Source: Candidatus Latescibacterota bacterium (GTDB taxonomy: Bacteria > Latescibacterota > UBA2968 > GCA-2709665). From it: a DNA stretch of 64,000 nt. The translations under genes and the position numbers were made by a program. Every line of letters begins with the position of its first letter. Position 1 is the first letter of the stretch. Positions 47,180 to 56,837 of the stretch are shown one piece after another. Below the pieces are notes generated by a model that was not told the DNA's origin, searched no databases, and saw only the letters and a list, made by a program, of their open reading frames with translations. The stretch spans positions 2,368,001 to 2,432,000 of the forward strand of contig CBDDDZ010000005.1 in assembly GCA_965226795.1 (NCBI GenBank). The letters run 5' to 3'.

Positions 47180-47277
47180 ACAACGTGTCCGCCGCACCCC
47201 TGTGGCGGCCCGACCACCTCCTCCGCCGAATTGCGCCGAGACTATTTATATACATTAAAAAAAATGCCGATCCTGTA

Positions 47278-47306
47278 TTGACAGATGGCCGATCGTATAT
47301 TATCTT
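47278..47306 (+). promoter_or_regulatory. Sigma70-type promoter about 480 bp upstream of the sigma factor gene
   Basis: TTGACA-17-TATCTT. Confidence 0.6.
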
Positions 47307-47349
47307 GCCATTTTATACGGCTTTCGGTAAATCGAAAACCTCAAAGATT

Positions 47350-47620
47350 AAGGCTTGAGCCGGAGTTGCCAGCCTCATCAGCCGGAGCCCCTCGGCTATG
47401 ACAACGGCGAGTCCCGAAATGAGCCAACTCTCCAAACTGAGCAGGATCCAGGTTGGAGAATCAAGGAGGCTCAAGGCAGGACATAGCATCAGGAAACCTT
47501 TCCCCTGAAGGTTCCTGGCTGGATTTTCCGTTTTCCCCACAGGTTCAACGCCTCTCCCCTGGAGGGGTTGAACTTTCCGAATTCCCCTTCTCCCTTTTTC
47601 TTTTCCTCCCCTTTCCAGAT
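47350..47620. ncRNA. Candidate structured RNA or leader (family not recognised)
   Basis: Nested stems, two hairpins with identical TCCCCTG loops, pyrimidine tract. Confidence 0.4.
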
Positions 47621-47787
47621 TGTGTTGTTCACGTTCACGGTCGGCGTATTCGAACCTGTGTGTCGCCTGCTGTGTATTGGGCCCGCACAGGATCTGTCTG
47701 CGCGCGCGATCCTGAGTATTTCCACATCGATCGAAATACGTCAGGTACCGGCATGCAGACGAACGCACCATTGCCTGGGGGAAAGTA

Positions 47788-48669
47788 ATGCCTGCAACGG
47801 TAATGAGCCAGCACACCCCAATCACATCGCGGGGAAAGAAGCGGTCGGCGCTCGAGCTTTATCTCAAGGATATAGCGTATAATGTTCTGCTCACGCCGCA
47901 ACAGGAAGTAACATTGGCGAAGCGTATCAGGGCCGGAGATCGCAAGAGTCTGGAAACAATGGTCGAGTCCAACCTCCGGTTCGTCATTACGATCGCCAAA
48001 GAATACCAGGGGAGGGGTTTGCCCCTGGAAGATCTGATTGCCGAGGGCAACCTCGGACTGGTTCGCGCGGCAACGCGGTACGATGAAACGGTAGGTGTTA
48101 AATTTACGACCTATGCGGTCTGGTGGATCCGGCAGGGTATTCTCTCTTCGCTTGCGGAAAAGGCCCGTATGGTCCGGCTGCCCGTTAACAAGATCAAACA
48201 CCTTTGCCGGCTGGAGCGCATCGCTTCCAGCCTCAAGCAGAAACTTGGCAGGGAACCCAGTGTCGACGAGATTGCGGTGGGTGCGGACATGCAGCCCAAG
48301 CAGGCGCAGGATCTGTTGAACGCATCGCGATGGCACGTGTCACTGGACATGCCGCTGGAGGGCGGGCCGGATTCCTGCCTCCTGGAAGTCCTGGAAGATA
48401 AAGACCAGGTATCGCCTGAGGTGGAAGTGATGGAACAGGCGATGGCCGACGAGATCCGGGCCGCGCTGGATACTCTGTCTTCCCGAGAAGCGCGGATTTT
48501 ACGGCTATACTTCGGCATCAACGGCGAAGACGCAATGACGCTGGAAAAAATCGGCAATCAACTCAGTCTTACAAAGGAGCGGGTCCGTCAGATTCGAGAC
48601 AAGGCACTTGCCGCGCTTAAACACCCGTCGCGAGTGCGAAAAATCCGCGCATACCTTACGGAGAACTGA
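47788..48669 (+). CDS. RpoD/RpoS-like sigma70 factor lacking region 1.1
   Basis: NLRFV, DLIAEGNLGL, FTTYAVWWIRQ, TLEKIG...TKERVRQI. Confidence 0.93.
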   Translation: MPATVMSQHTPITSRGKKRSALELYLKDIAYNVLLTPQQEVTLAKRIRAGDRKSLETMVESNLRFVITIAKEYQGRGLPLEDLIAEGNLGLVRAATRYDETVGVKFTTYAVWWIRQGILSSLAEKARMVRLPVNKIKHLCRLERIASSLKQKLGREPSVDEIAVGADMQPKQAQDLLNASRWHVSLDMPLEGGPDSCLLEVLEDKDQVSPEVEVMEQAMADEIRAALDTLSSREARILRLYFGINGEDAMTLEKIGNQLSLTKERVRQIRDKALAALKHPSRVRKIRAYLTEN

Positions 48670-48674
48670 GAACC

Positions 48675-49109
48675 GTGGCACACGACACCTTCAAAAACCC
48701 GGAATGCTCTCTCAGGGGTGCGGTCTCCCCCGTGCTGGACATCGTGGGCGTGCACCACATCACCCTTGTAGCACGCAATCTGGATCGATCCAGGTCCTTT
48801 TATGAGAAATTCCTGGGACTACACCCGATCTCCCGGCCCAGTTACGATTTCGAAGGCGCCTGGTACCGTTGCGGAAGCGTGGAAATACACCTTCTGGTAG
48901 CGGAAGAACACCCCGATCCGTCCAGGCGCCACGTCGCGCTTGAGGTCTCAGACTTTGAACGTGTCATCAAATCTCTGGACGGCGCGTGGGTGCATGTCGT
49001 CGGCGGCCCGGGAATCAGACCGCACGACGGAAGCCGGTTTGTTTTTCTCCAGGATCCCGACGGCAACCTGATTGAAATCATGTGTCGCGGTTCAAAACGC
49101 GAGGGTTGA
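48675..49109 (+). CDS. VOC/glyoxalase family protein
   Basis: HHITL, FYEKFLG, DPDGNLIE; start uncertain. Confidence 0.88.
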   Translation: MAHDTFKNPECSLRGAVSPVLDIVGVHHITLVARNLDRSRSFYEKFLGLHPISRPSYDFEGAWYRCGSVEIHLLVAEEHPDPSRRHVALEVSDFERVIKSLDGAWVHVVGGPGIRPHDGSRFVFLQDPDGNLIEIMCRGSKREG

Positions 49110-49192
49110 ATCGTCGTCGAACTCCAAACAGGAAGCGGGCCGCGATGGGTATCGCGACCCGCTTCCTGTTTTCGCAGACATCGCCAAAGGCG

Positions 49193-50644
49193 TTACGCGC
49201 GCCTGTTGGCTCGCAGAACTGGCTTTCGCGCGGCCGCTGCTTCATCCAGCCGCCGCACGGGCGTGTGGCGCGGGGCACTGTGCAACAGGTCGGGGTTCTC
49301 TTCTGCTTCCCTGGCGATCCGGATCATGGCTTCGATGAACTCGTCAAGCTGTTCCAGGCTCTCGGTCTCCGTTGGCTCAATCAGCATCGCTTCCGGCGCC
49401 ACCCTGGGCAGCGGAAAGTAGATGGTGGGCGGATGATGGCCGTAGTCGATCAGTCTTTTGGCGATATCCAGAGCGCTCACCCCATTGGCCTTTTTCTGTC
49501 GTGACGCCGAGAATACCATTTCGTGCATGGGCTGAGCCGATTTTGGCCGGTCATAGTAGCCATCCAGCCGGCTGGCGATATAATTCGCGTTCAGGACGGC
49601 CATCTCGCTCGTACGCCGCATCCCTTCCGCACCCAACATTCTGGCGTATACGTAGGCGCGAATCACCATTCCGAAATTTCCAAAAAACGTACTGACCTTT
49701 CCGATCGACTGCGGGCGATCGTAATCCAGCCGGAAGAGATCACCTTCTTTGGTGACGATAGGGACCGGCAAATAGGGCAGCAATGCTTCCTTCGCGCCGA
49801 CCGGCCCGGACCCGGGGCCGCCGCCGCCATGCGGGGTGGTGAAGGTCTTGTGCAGGTTGATGTGAACAACGTCAAAGCCCATATCTCCGGGCCGGCATTG
49901 TCCGAGAAATGCGTTCAGATTCGCTCCATCGTAATAGAGCAACCCGCCGCCGTCGTGAACCACCCGCTGTATTTCCAGGATTTCATCCTCGAACACGCCG
50001 AATGTATTGGGATTGGTCAGCATCAATCCCGCTACCCGGTCGTTCATCTTGGCCTTCAAATCCTCGACGTCCACGGTTCCACGGTCGGTAGATTTCAGTG
50101 TCTCCACCCGAAAGCCGCATATCGCGGCGGTAGCCGGGTTTGTACCGTGAGCCGAATCAGGAATCAGCACGACCTGCCTGCTATCCTGTTTCTCGCGGTG
50201 GTACGCCGCTATCAGTGAGATACCGACGAGTTCCCCCTGCGCTCCAGCCGCCGGCTGAAACGTAAAACCGTCCATACCGGTTACGGCCTTCAATACCCCA
50301 TCCATCTCCCACAAGACGCGTAACGCCGCCTGGGACGACGACGCATCCGCGAAGGGATGCAATCCCGCGAAATCGGGCAGGCGTGCGGCGCGTTCGTGTA
50401 CTTTGGGATTGTATTTCATCGTACACGAACCCAGCGGGTAAAACGCGGTATCGATACTGAAGTTCATTGACGAAAGCCTAACGTAATGGCGCACCAGTTC
50501 CAGTTCGCTGACTTCCGGCAGCGCAGGCGCGTCATTCCGATACATCCCATCGGGGATGGGCACAACCGGAGCGCCGGCATCCGGAAACGTCACACAACGC
50601 CGCCCTTTTTCACCCCTTTCAAAAATCAGCAGATCCTGATCCAT
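49193..50644 (-). CDS. gcvPB: Glycine dehydrogenase subunit 2
   Basis: PLGSCTMKYNP, HGTNPATA, NLHKTF-x-x-PHGGGGPG. Confidence 0.97.
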   Translation of the reverse strand: MDQDLLIFERGEKGRRCVTFPDAGAPVVPIPDGMYRNDAPALPEVSELELVRHYVRLSSMNFSIDTAFYPLGSCTMKYNPKVHERAARLPDFAGLHPFADASSSQAALRVLWEMDGVLKAVTGMDGFTFQPAAGAQGELVGISLIAAYHREKQDSRQVVLIPDSAHGTNPATAAICGFRVETLKSTDRGTVDVEDLKAKMNDRVAGLMLTNPNTFGVFEDEILEIQRVVHDGGGLLYYDGANLNAFLGQCRPGDMGFDVVHINLHKTFTTPHGGGGPGSGPVGAKEALLPYLPVPIVTKEGDLFRLDYDRPQSIGKVSTFFGNFGMVIRAYVYARMLGAEGMRRTSEMAVLNANYIASRLDGYYDRPKSAQPMHEMVFSASRQKKANGVSALDIAKRLIDYGHHPPTIYFPLPRVAPEAMLIEPTETESLEQLDEFIEAMIRIAREAEENPDLLHSAPRHTPVRRLDEAAAARKPVLRANRRA

Positions 50645-51987
50645 TAAATGTCTCTCCAGGCATCAACCAGACGTGCCACGTCCGTGTCTGTCTTCGTTTC
50701 GGTCACGCACATCAAAACGCAACGGTCCAATTCGGGGAAAAAACGTCCCAGATCGATACCGCCGGCGATGCCTTGTTCTCGTAGCGCTTCGAGAGCCACC
50801 CGCGCCGGCCCGGTCGTTTCAACCACGAACTCGTTAAACGACGCGCCCGGGAACTTGAGCGAAAGCCCATCAATTTCGCGCAGCGCCGCCGCCGCATCGT
50901 GGCTCCGATTCCAGTTCAATATGCCAACTTCCCGCAGGCCTTCCGGCCCGAGCGACGCGAGATAGACGGTTGCCGCCGTCGCACACAACGTCTGATTCGT
51001 ACAGATATTCGAGGTTGCCCGTTCCCGGCGAATATGCTGTTCGCGAGTCTGCAGCGTCATCACGAACCCCCGCCTCCCGTCAATATCGGTGGTTTGCCCG
51101 ACCACCCGCCCGGGCATTCGACGGATATGCTGTTCGCGGGTGGCGAACATCCCCACGTAGGGACCCCCGTAGGACAACGGCAAACCCAGCGGTTGCCCGT
51201 CGCCGACCACAATGTCCGCACCGAAATCACCGGGCGGCCGGATTACCCCCAAGGAAATCGGATTCACAGCCGCGACATAGGCCGCCCGGTGATTTCGTAC
51301 CAGGATTCCCAGTGCTTCCAGCGGTTCGAGCACGCCCACAAAATTCGGATTCTGTACCACCACCGCGGCAGTGTCGTCATTCATCTCCGACTCGACCCGG
51401 TCCAGGTCGATCGTTCCTGCATCCGTCCACGGAATTTCCACCAATTCCAGTCCGATTCCCTTAACATATGTCTCTACCACACGCCGGTAGAACGGATGCA
51501 GACTGCGCGGCAGCAGCACGCGGGAGCCGTCATTAATCCGTACCGCCATCATCACCGCCTCCGCGAGGGCGGACGCGCCGTCGTACATGGAGGCGTTGGC
51601 CACCTCCATACCGGTCAGCTCGCAGACCATGGTCTGGAACTCGAAAATCGCCCGCAGCGTACCCTGGCTCACCTCCGCCTGATACGGCGTATAGGCCGTG
51701 TAGAACTCGCTGCGTGAAATCATTGCATCGATGACGCTGGGCATGAAATGCTCGTAGGCGCCGCCACCCATGAAAGACAGCCCGGGCGTTTGCTCCCGCG
51801 CCGACCGGCCAAGATCCTGAACCAGCCTAAGCGCCTCCATCTCGTTGATACCCCTGGGAAGATCCAGGGAATTCAGGCGGAGGGATTCCGGCACCGGTTC
51901 AAACAATGCCTCTACTGAATCGACCCCGATCGTCTCCAGCATTTTCTGGATGTCTCGATCCGTATGCGGTGTATAATTCACGAGCAA
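50644..51987 (-). CDS. gcvPA: Glycine dehydrogenase subunit 1
   Basis: TAYTPYQAEVSQG, NASMYDG, REQHIRRERATSNICTN. Confidence 0.97.
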   Translation of the reverse strand: MLVNYTPHTDRDIQKMLETIGVDSVEALFEPVPESLRLNSLDLPRGINEMEALRLVQDLGRSAREQTPGLSFMGGGAYEHFMPSVIDAMISRSEFYTAYTPYQAEVSQGTLRAIFEFQTMVCELTGMEVANASMYDGASALAEAVMMAVRINDGSRVLLPRSLHPFYRRVVETYVKGIGLELVEIPWTDAGTIDLDRVESEMNDDTAAVVVQNPNFVGVLEPLEALGILVRNHRAAYVAAVNPISLGVIRPPGDFGADIVVGDGQPLGLPLSYGGPYVGMFATREQHIRRMPGRVVGQTTDIDGRRGFVMTLQTREQHIRRERATSNICTNQTLCATAATVYLASLGPEGLREVGILNWNRSHDAAAALREIDGLSLKFPGASFNEFVVETTGPARVALEALREQGIAGGIDLGRFFPELDRCVLMCVTETKTDTDVARLVDAWRDI

Positions 51988-52018
51988 AACCCTGAAATTT
52001 ACAATGGTGGGCGGGTGT

Positions 52019-52741
52019 CTATTTCTTCAAATACGTATATTGCAGGCCATCCTTCGGCTGCCACCCCAGAATGCGCTTCGCTTTGTCGTTCAGAAACTGC
52101 CCGTGCGGGCGATCACCGAAAATATTGAATACCTCGCACCGCGAGGGCAATCGGTCCAGTTCAATGGTCAACCCCGGCAGGAACGCAGCGGCCGCGTCCC
52201 GCCACGATACCAGGAACGACCAGTCCCGAGCCGGCGCGGACGACGCGTCGTGATCCCGAAAGATGCAGAACAGGTAACACAACACGTAAACGTCGGAATG
52301 CAACGTAAAGATCCGACATATTTCCTGCCCCAATCCCTTCGAAAGCGCATACAGATTCGTACTGGGCTTCGGAGGCACATCCGGGCCAATGCCATAGTCC
52401 CAAGCGACGTAGGGGTCCCCCTGAACGGTAAAATGCGGTCCCGTGTTGATTACGCGCCGGACCCCATGCCTGACCGCTGCGCGCAGAATGTTGTAACACC
52501 CCAGCGTGTTCACGTCGAATGCGATCTTTCGATGCGGTCGCAGGACGGAAAGGTTGATGATCGCATCCATCCCTTCGGCCGCGCGCATTACGTCCTCGGG
52601 GTCCGCCACGTCCACGGGCATCATTTCATGGGGCGTTTCAAACGGCTCCAGATCCGTTATTCGCAGCGAAACGTGCCCCTCGAGGGCCTTCACCACATGG
52701 GGTCCCAACATGCCATTTCCGCCGTAAATTACGACTTTCAT
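52019..52741 (-). CDS. NAD-dependent epimerase/dehydratase (extended SDR), paralog A
   Basis: GGNGMLG, YALSK. Confidence 0.88.
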   Translation of the reverse strand: MKVVIYGGNGMLGPHVVKALEGHVSLRITDLEPFETPHEMMPVDVADPEDVMRAAEGMDAIINLSVLRPHRKIAFDVNTLGCYNILRAAVRHGVRRVINTGPHFTVQGDPYVAWDYGIGPDVPPKPSTNLYALSKGLGQEICRIFTLHSDVYVLCYLFCIFRDHDASSAPARDWSFLVSWRDAAAAFLPGLTIELDRLPSRCEVFNIFGDRPHGQFLNDKAKRILGWQPKDGLQYTYLKK

Positions 52742-52769
52742 TTCGATCTCCAGCGTTGTTCGGATTTGA

Positions 52770-53498
52770 CTACATGAGTTTTTTCATGTACGTGTATTCC
52801 AGTCCATCCCGGGGCTGCCACCCCAGGATCCGCCTGGCCTTCCCGTTTTCAAAATGCCCGTGCGGTCGATCGCCGAGAATATCGAATACCTCGCACCGTG
52901 ACGGCAAACTCTCCAGTCCAATTTTCAACCCGGGGAGGAACGCGTCGGCAGCATCCCGCCACGTCACCATAAAAGACCGGTCATGAACCGGTTCCGAGGA
53001 CGCGTCGTGATCGCGAAAACTCCAGAACAGGTAACACAACACGTACACATCGAAGTTCGAGGTAAAAATCCGGCAAATCTCCTGGCCCAATCCCTTGGAC
53101 AGCGCGTACAGGTTCGTTCCGGGCTTAGGGGGCACATCCGGACCGATGTGATAGTCCCAGTCTACGTAGGATTCGCCCTGCACGGTAAAGTGCGGCCCCG
53201 TGTTGATGACTCGCCGGATCCCGTACTTAACCGCCGCGCGCATGACGTTGTAGCACCCCAGGGTATTCACGTCGAACGCAACTTTCCGATGCGGTCGCAG
53301 GACGGAAAGGTTGATGATCGCGTCCATCCCTTCGGCCGCGCGCATTACGTCCTCCGGATCCGCCACATCCACGGGCATCATTTCGTGGGGCGTTTCGAAC
53401 GGCTTCAGATCCGTTATCCGCAAGGCCACGTGACCCTCCAGGGCCTTCACCACGTGGGGCCCCAACATACCATTACCGCCGTAAATTACGACTTTCAT
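52770..53498 (-). CDS. NAD-dependent epimerase/dehydratase (extended SDR), paralog B
   Basis: Near-identical N-terminal half to 52019-52741; YALSK. Confidence 0.88.
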   Translation of the reverse strand: MKVVIYGGNGMLGPHVVKALEGHVALRITDLKPFETPHEMMPVDVADPEDVMRAAEGMDAIINLSVLRPHRKVAFDVNTLGCYNVMRAAVKYGIRRVINTGPHFTVQGESYVDWDYHIGPDVPPKPGTNLYALSKGLGQEICRIFTSNFDVYVLCYLFWSFRDHDASSEPVHDRSFMVTWRDAADAFLPGLKIGLESLPSRCEVFDILGDRPHGHFENGKARRILGWQPRDGLEYTYMKKLM

Positions 53499-53530
53499 TT
53501 CCATCTCCAGCGTTGGTCAGATATCACTGC

Positions 53531-54175
53531 CTAAATACCCAGGGCTTTTTTGGCCTGGTCAATTGGAAACCTTGCGTTTTCGACTTCGGACTGCACGTGA
53601 AGCACTTGCCACATGGGCCCGTCTTTCGACAGTGCCATTGCAATGGCCCTGACCGCGTCTTCCACCGTCAACGCCATGTCGCCACCGTCACCGACATCGC
53701 CGAAACGCAAACAGGTCACGCGCAACGAGTGCTCCCGCGCGAACTCCCTGCAGGTGAATTCACCCAGGTACCTCGCCATTGGCGCGGCATCCGTTGACGG
53801 CCGCGGCGCCCACTGCTCCGTCACGTTCCAATTCGGATCACATGTCGCAAACAGGCTCAGAGAGCTGATGAAGACGATGTGGCCGACCTTTTTCTCCCGG
53901 GCGGCATGCAACAGATTATACGTGCACCTCGTCTGAAAGTCGATTTCGCGTTCTTCGCTCTTCAATCCTTCGGGCAACTCCGCGAGATGCACGATCGTAT
54001 CCATCCCATCCACCAGGGATTCCGTCTCTCCATCGTGGCCCAATTCACACTGAAGAAAGGCGAGATCCGTCGGCACGGCCACGACGTCCGTCAACGTCAC
54101 GTCGTGTTCCCGCGACAGATCCGCCGCCAATGCCGGAGCCAACGACGTCCCTCCTGAGGTAATCAGAACTTTCAT
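53531..54175 (-). CDS. Divergent SDR-fold protein with degenerate catalytic motifs
   Basis: MKVLIT, GMDTIVHLA, YNLLHAA, FISSLS, CLRFG; no YxxxK. Confidence 0.75.
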   Translation of the reverse strand: MKVLITSGGTSLAPALAADLSREHDVTLTDVVAVPTDLAFLQCELGHDGETESLVDGMDTIVHLAELPEGLKSEEREIDFQTRCTYNLLHAAREKKVGHIVFISSLSLFATCDPNWNVTEQWAPRPSTDAAPMARYLGEFTCREFAREHSLRVTCLRFGDVGDGGDMALTVEDAVRAIAMALSKDGPMWQVLHVQSEVENARFPIDQAKKALGI

Positions 54176-54372
54176 AAATCGCGCTCCTGTTTTGGGAAGT
54201 TCGATAGCCGGTCCACCCGCACTCTACCCACATACAAATCGCTGAACGAATCCAGCGGAATATCGCACGGGCAGATATTGAAGTGATCGAAAACCAGTAA
54301 GCACCGCATCTGGAAAATCCGGGAAACGGCTCATGGACGATCCGATTCGCCGGCTGGATATTTGCCGTCGAA

Positions 54373-54696
54373 TTAAACGGCAACGACGCGTTGTTTTCCC
54401 GCGCCACTTTCTGACGGAATAATACGGATCTCTATATCTCGATTCAGGCGGGTAAGAAATGTCATCAATCGCTCAACGCTGTAATGATTGAACTTGCCCT
54501 TCTTTAGACGGGATATTTCCGGTTGCTTCACTCCTAAAACGTTTGCTGCCTCCGCCTGGGTGAGCTTCCGTTTCCCAATAATCTGAAACACTTCAAAACC
54601 AAGTGTTGCCTTGAGAAACAGTTCCTCCGCATCTGGTAGGTCCAGATCTTCAAACACCTTACCTGAGCTCTTTTCGATTTCAACCCTGTCGCTCAT
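54373..54696 (-). CDS. XRE/HigA-like HTH antitoxin
   Basis: SSGKVFEDL, LTQAEAANVLGVKQPEISRL, SVERL. Confidence 0.9.
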   Translation of the reverse strand: MSDRVEIEKSSGKVFEDLDLPDAEELFLKATLGFEVFQIIGKRKLTQAEAANVLGVKQPEISRLKKGKFNHYSVERLMTFLTRLNRDIEIRIIPSESGAGKQRVVAV

Positions 54697-55053
54697 AGTT
54701 CGCCTCCAGTTCCTGCGCCACTCTCATACGTCGCCTGATAAGATTGACATCTTTCACGGGAGTCTTATTTCCGCGCGTTGATTTTTTCTGAAAACAATGT
54801 AGTACATAAACCCTCGCTCCGATTTTCACTGCGTAGACCGCGCGATAAGTGTCCGTTCTGTGTTCCGCCCGTATCTCGAAAACTCCTGAGCCGACGCCCT
54901 GAATGGTTTGGCTTCGGGGGACATGCTTCCCGCCTGCGCAAAAAACAGAGCGTCACCGATATCCTTCTGAACCGGCGTCGGAAATTTTCTCAGTTTTTTC
55001 TTGGAATCCCCTAGCGACAAGACTTCTCTTAAATTTCCTCGTGCGCGAAACAT
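54680..55053 (-). pseudogene. Frameshifted RelE/HigB (Gp49-like) toxin
   Basis: ...SPEAKPF, 1-nt loss near 54900, then GVGSGVFEIR...YRAVYAVKIG...VLHCFQKKS. Confidence 0.85.
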
Positions 55054-55058
55054 CAATT

Positions 55059-55087
55059 ATTATAACCAACTGGCTATAAATTGTCAA
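55059..55087 (-). promoter_or_regulatory. Consensus promoter with embedded operator palindrome (TA operon)
   Basis: TTGACA-17-TATAAT; TTATAACCA-AC-TGGCTATAA inverted repeat at 55060-55079. Confidence 0.8.
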
Positions 55088-55187
55088 GAGTTTCGATAAA
55101 AACAGCGCCCGACAGACCCTTCCTGTAGAGGCAGGGTAGACACGATCAGATTAAAAAGATCCGGATGGTCGTTCAGGCATGGTTGGT

Positions 55188-55706
55188 TCACAGGTATTGA
55201 TAATACGTTACCTGAGGCTGGGCAATGTTGAATCCCGCTTTTTCATAGGCCCGGCGTGCGGGGGCGTGGCCCTCGTCCAAACCCGTCCCTACGGAAGCAA
55301 AACGAAGTCCTTCCGACCGAAAGCAGCCCAGGGCATATCGATACATCGCCGTACCGAGCCCCTTCCCCTGTGCTTCCGGCGCCACGGCATTATTCGTTAT
55401 TCTACCCAGGGATTTCCCCCGATCGATTGAAAACGTCAGGAATGCAACCACATTTCCGGTTTCCGTCGCAGCGACAACCCGGAACCACTCCGGATTCAAC
55501 TGCCAGTGACGGCGAACCGCGGCTGTTTTCTCTTGTTTCCAGTTCGCACACAGCACGGCGTGCATTCCTTCCCCCATAATCTCGGCGGTACTGGCGTGGA
55601 TCCTCTGCCACGCCTCGCGCGCGATCTCGCCCACCCGATCCATTTCCTCCCGTACCGCAGGCCGGATCCGGAATCCCGGGACGAGTTCAGAATGCGGGCC
55701 GTTCAT
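55188..55706 (-). CDS. GNAT family N-acetyltransferase
   Basis: AVAPEAQGKGLGT, ARRAYEKAGF; GGAGG RBS. Confidence 0.88.
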   Translation of the reverse strand: MNGPHSELVPGFRIRPAVREEMDRVGEIAREAWQRIHASTAEIMGEGMHAVLCANWKQEKTAAVRRHWQLNPEWFRVVAATETGNVVAFLTFSIDRGKSLGRITNNAVAPEAQGKGLGTAMYRYALGCFRSEGLRFASVGTGLDEGHAPARRAYEKAGFNIAQPQVTYYQYL

Positions 55707-56001
55707 CTGTCCTCCAGGTGAACGATGGGTTTCACGATGAATGTTAACGAATATGCGTGCAGGATTGGGCCTGACACTTCCAACCGGGGTGTCAGGCGGC
55801 CACGATGGCGGCCTTTGTGCCGGCGGTGGACAGAAACACAATGGGAGCGCTGCCGGTCCCGGCTCCCATTGCGAAACGACCGCCTGGGCCAAACCGCTTC
55901 GCGCACCCGCCGCCAAATAACAAAACCGTTGACTTTCGTTAGAGAGCCGATATTTTGAATTCGACCCCTACAACCATAAAGGTACGGAAGGAGTACCCGA
56001 A

Positions 56002-56766
56002 ATGAAGCTTGGAATCGTCACCTACCAGATCGCCAAAGACTGGGATGTCCCCACACTGATCGACATGTGCCAAACCACGGGGATTCAGGGCGTTGAACTG
56101 CGCACCACCCACGCCCATGGCGTGGAAAACGACCTCTCGCCGGGCGAACGAAGCGCTGTCAGACGTCAGTTCGAAGACGCTGAAGTTGAAATCGTGGGCC
56201 TCGGAAGCGTCTACGAATACCATGCCCCGGATCCGGAGACGGTGCGTCAGAACATCGACGGGACCGTCGAAACCGCGAGACTCGCCGCGGATCTGGGTTG
56301 CCCGGGGGTGAAGGTGCGTCCCAACGGGCTGCAGACGGACAAAGGCATACCGGAAGAACAGACGCTTGAACAGATAGGGCTCGCCCTGAGAGAGTGTGGA
56401 GATGCCGCCGCCGGTCTAGGTGTCCGGATCCGCGTGGAGGTCCATGGACGGGACACCTGTAAACCCGTGCGCATGCGCACTATCATCGACCATGCCGACC
56501 ATGACAACGTCCATCTCTGCTGGAACTCCAACCCCCAGGACGTTGTCGACGGCTCGGTCAAATCGAGTTTCGACCTGCTGAAACACAAAATCGGGCTCGT
56601 GCATATCAATGAATTGCACAAATCCGAATACCCCTGGCGGGAACTCTTCGGCCTCCTGAAGGACGAAGGGTACGAGGGTTACACGCTGGCCGAAATCCCT
56701 ACCAGCCCGGAGCCGGAACGCCTGTTGCGCTACTACAGGGCGCTCTGGCAGGCGCTTATGGCCTAA
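56002..56766 (+). CDS. Sugar phosphate isomerase/epimerase (xylose-isomerase-like TIM barrel)
   Basis: GVELR, VEVHG, VHINE, GY-x-GY-x-LAE. Confidence 0.85.
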   Translation: MKLGIVTYQIAKDWDVPTLIDMCQTTGIQGVELRTTHAHGVENDLSPGERSAVRRQFEDAEVEIVGLGSVYEYHAPDPETVRQNIDGTVETARLAADLGCPGVKVRPNGLQTDKGIPEEQTLEQIGLALRECGDAAAGLGVRIRVEVHGRDTCKPVRMRTIIDHADHDNVHLCWNSNPQDVVDGSVKSSFDLLKHKIGLVHINELHKSEYPWRELFGLLKDEGYEGYTLAEIPTSPEPERLLRYYRALWQALMA

Positions 56767-56837
56767 TCCGATGTGCAGCCGCGACCGGCGCGTTGACGCG
56801 CCGGCCCGTGCTTTGGTCCCGCCAGTCAGTGTTTTCT

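Noticed and set aside
47320..47420. CTGATGA...GAAA on the minus strand suggesting a hammerhead ribozyme; CTCATC...ATGAG on plus suggesting SAM-I
   Set aside because: Hammerhead stems cannot be formed in the required topology, and the SAM-I core elements are absent.
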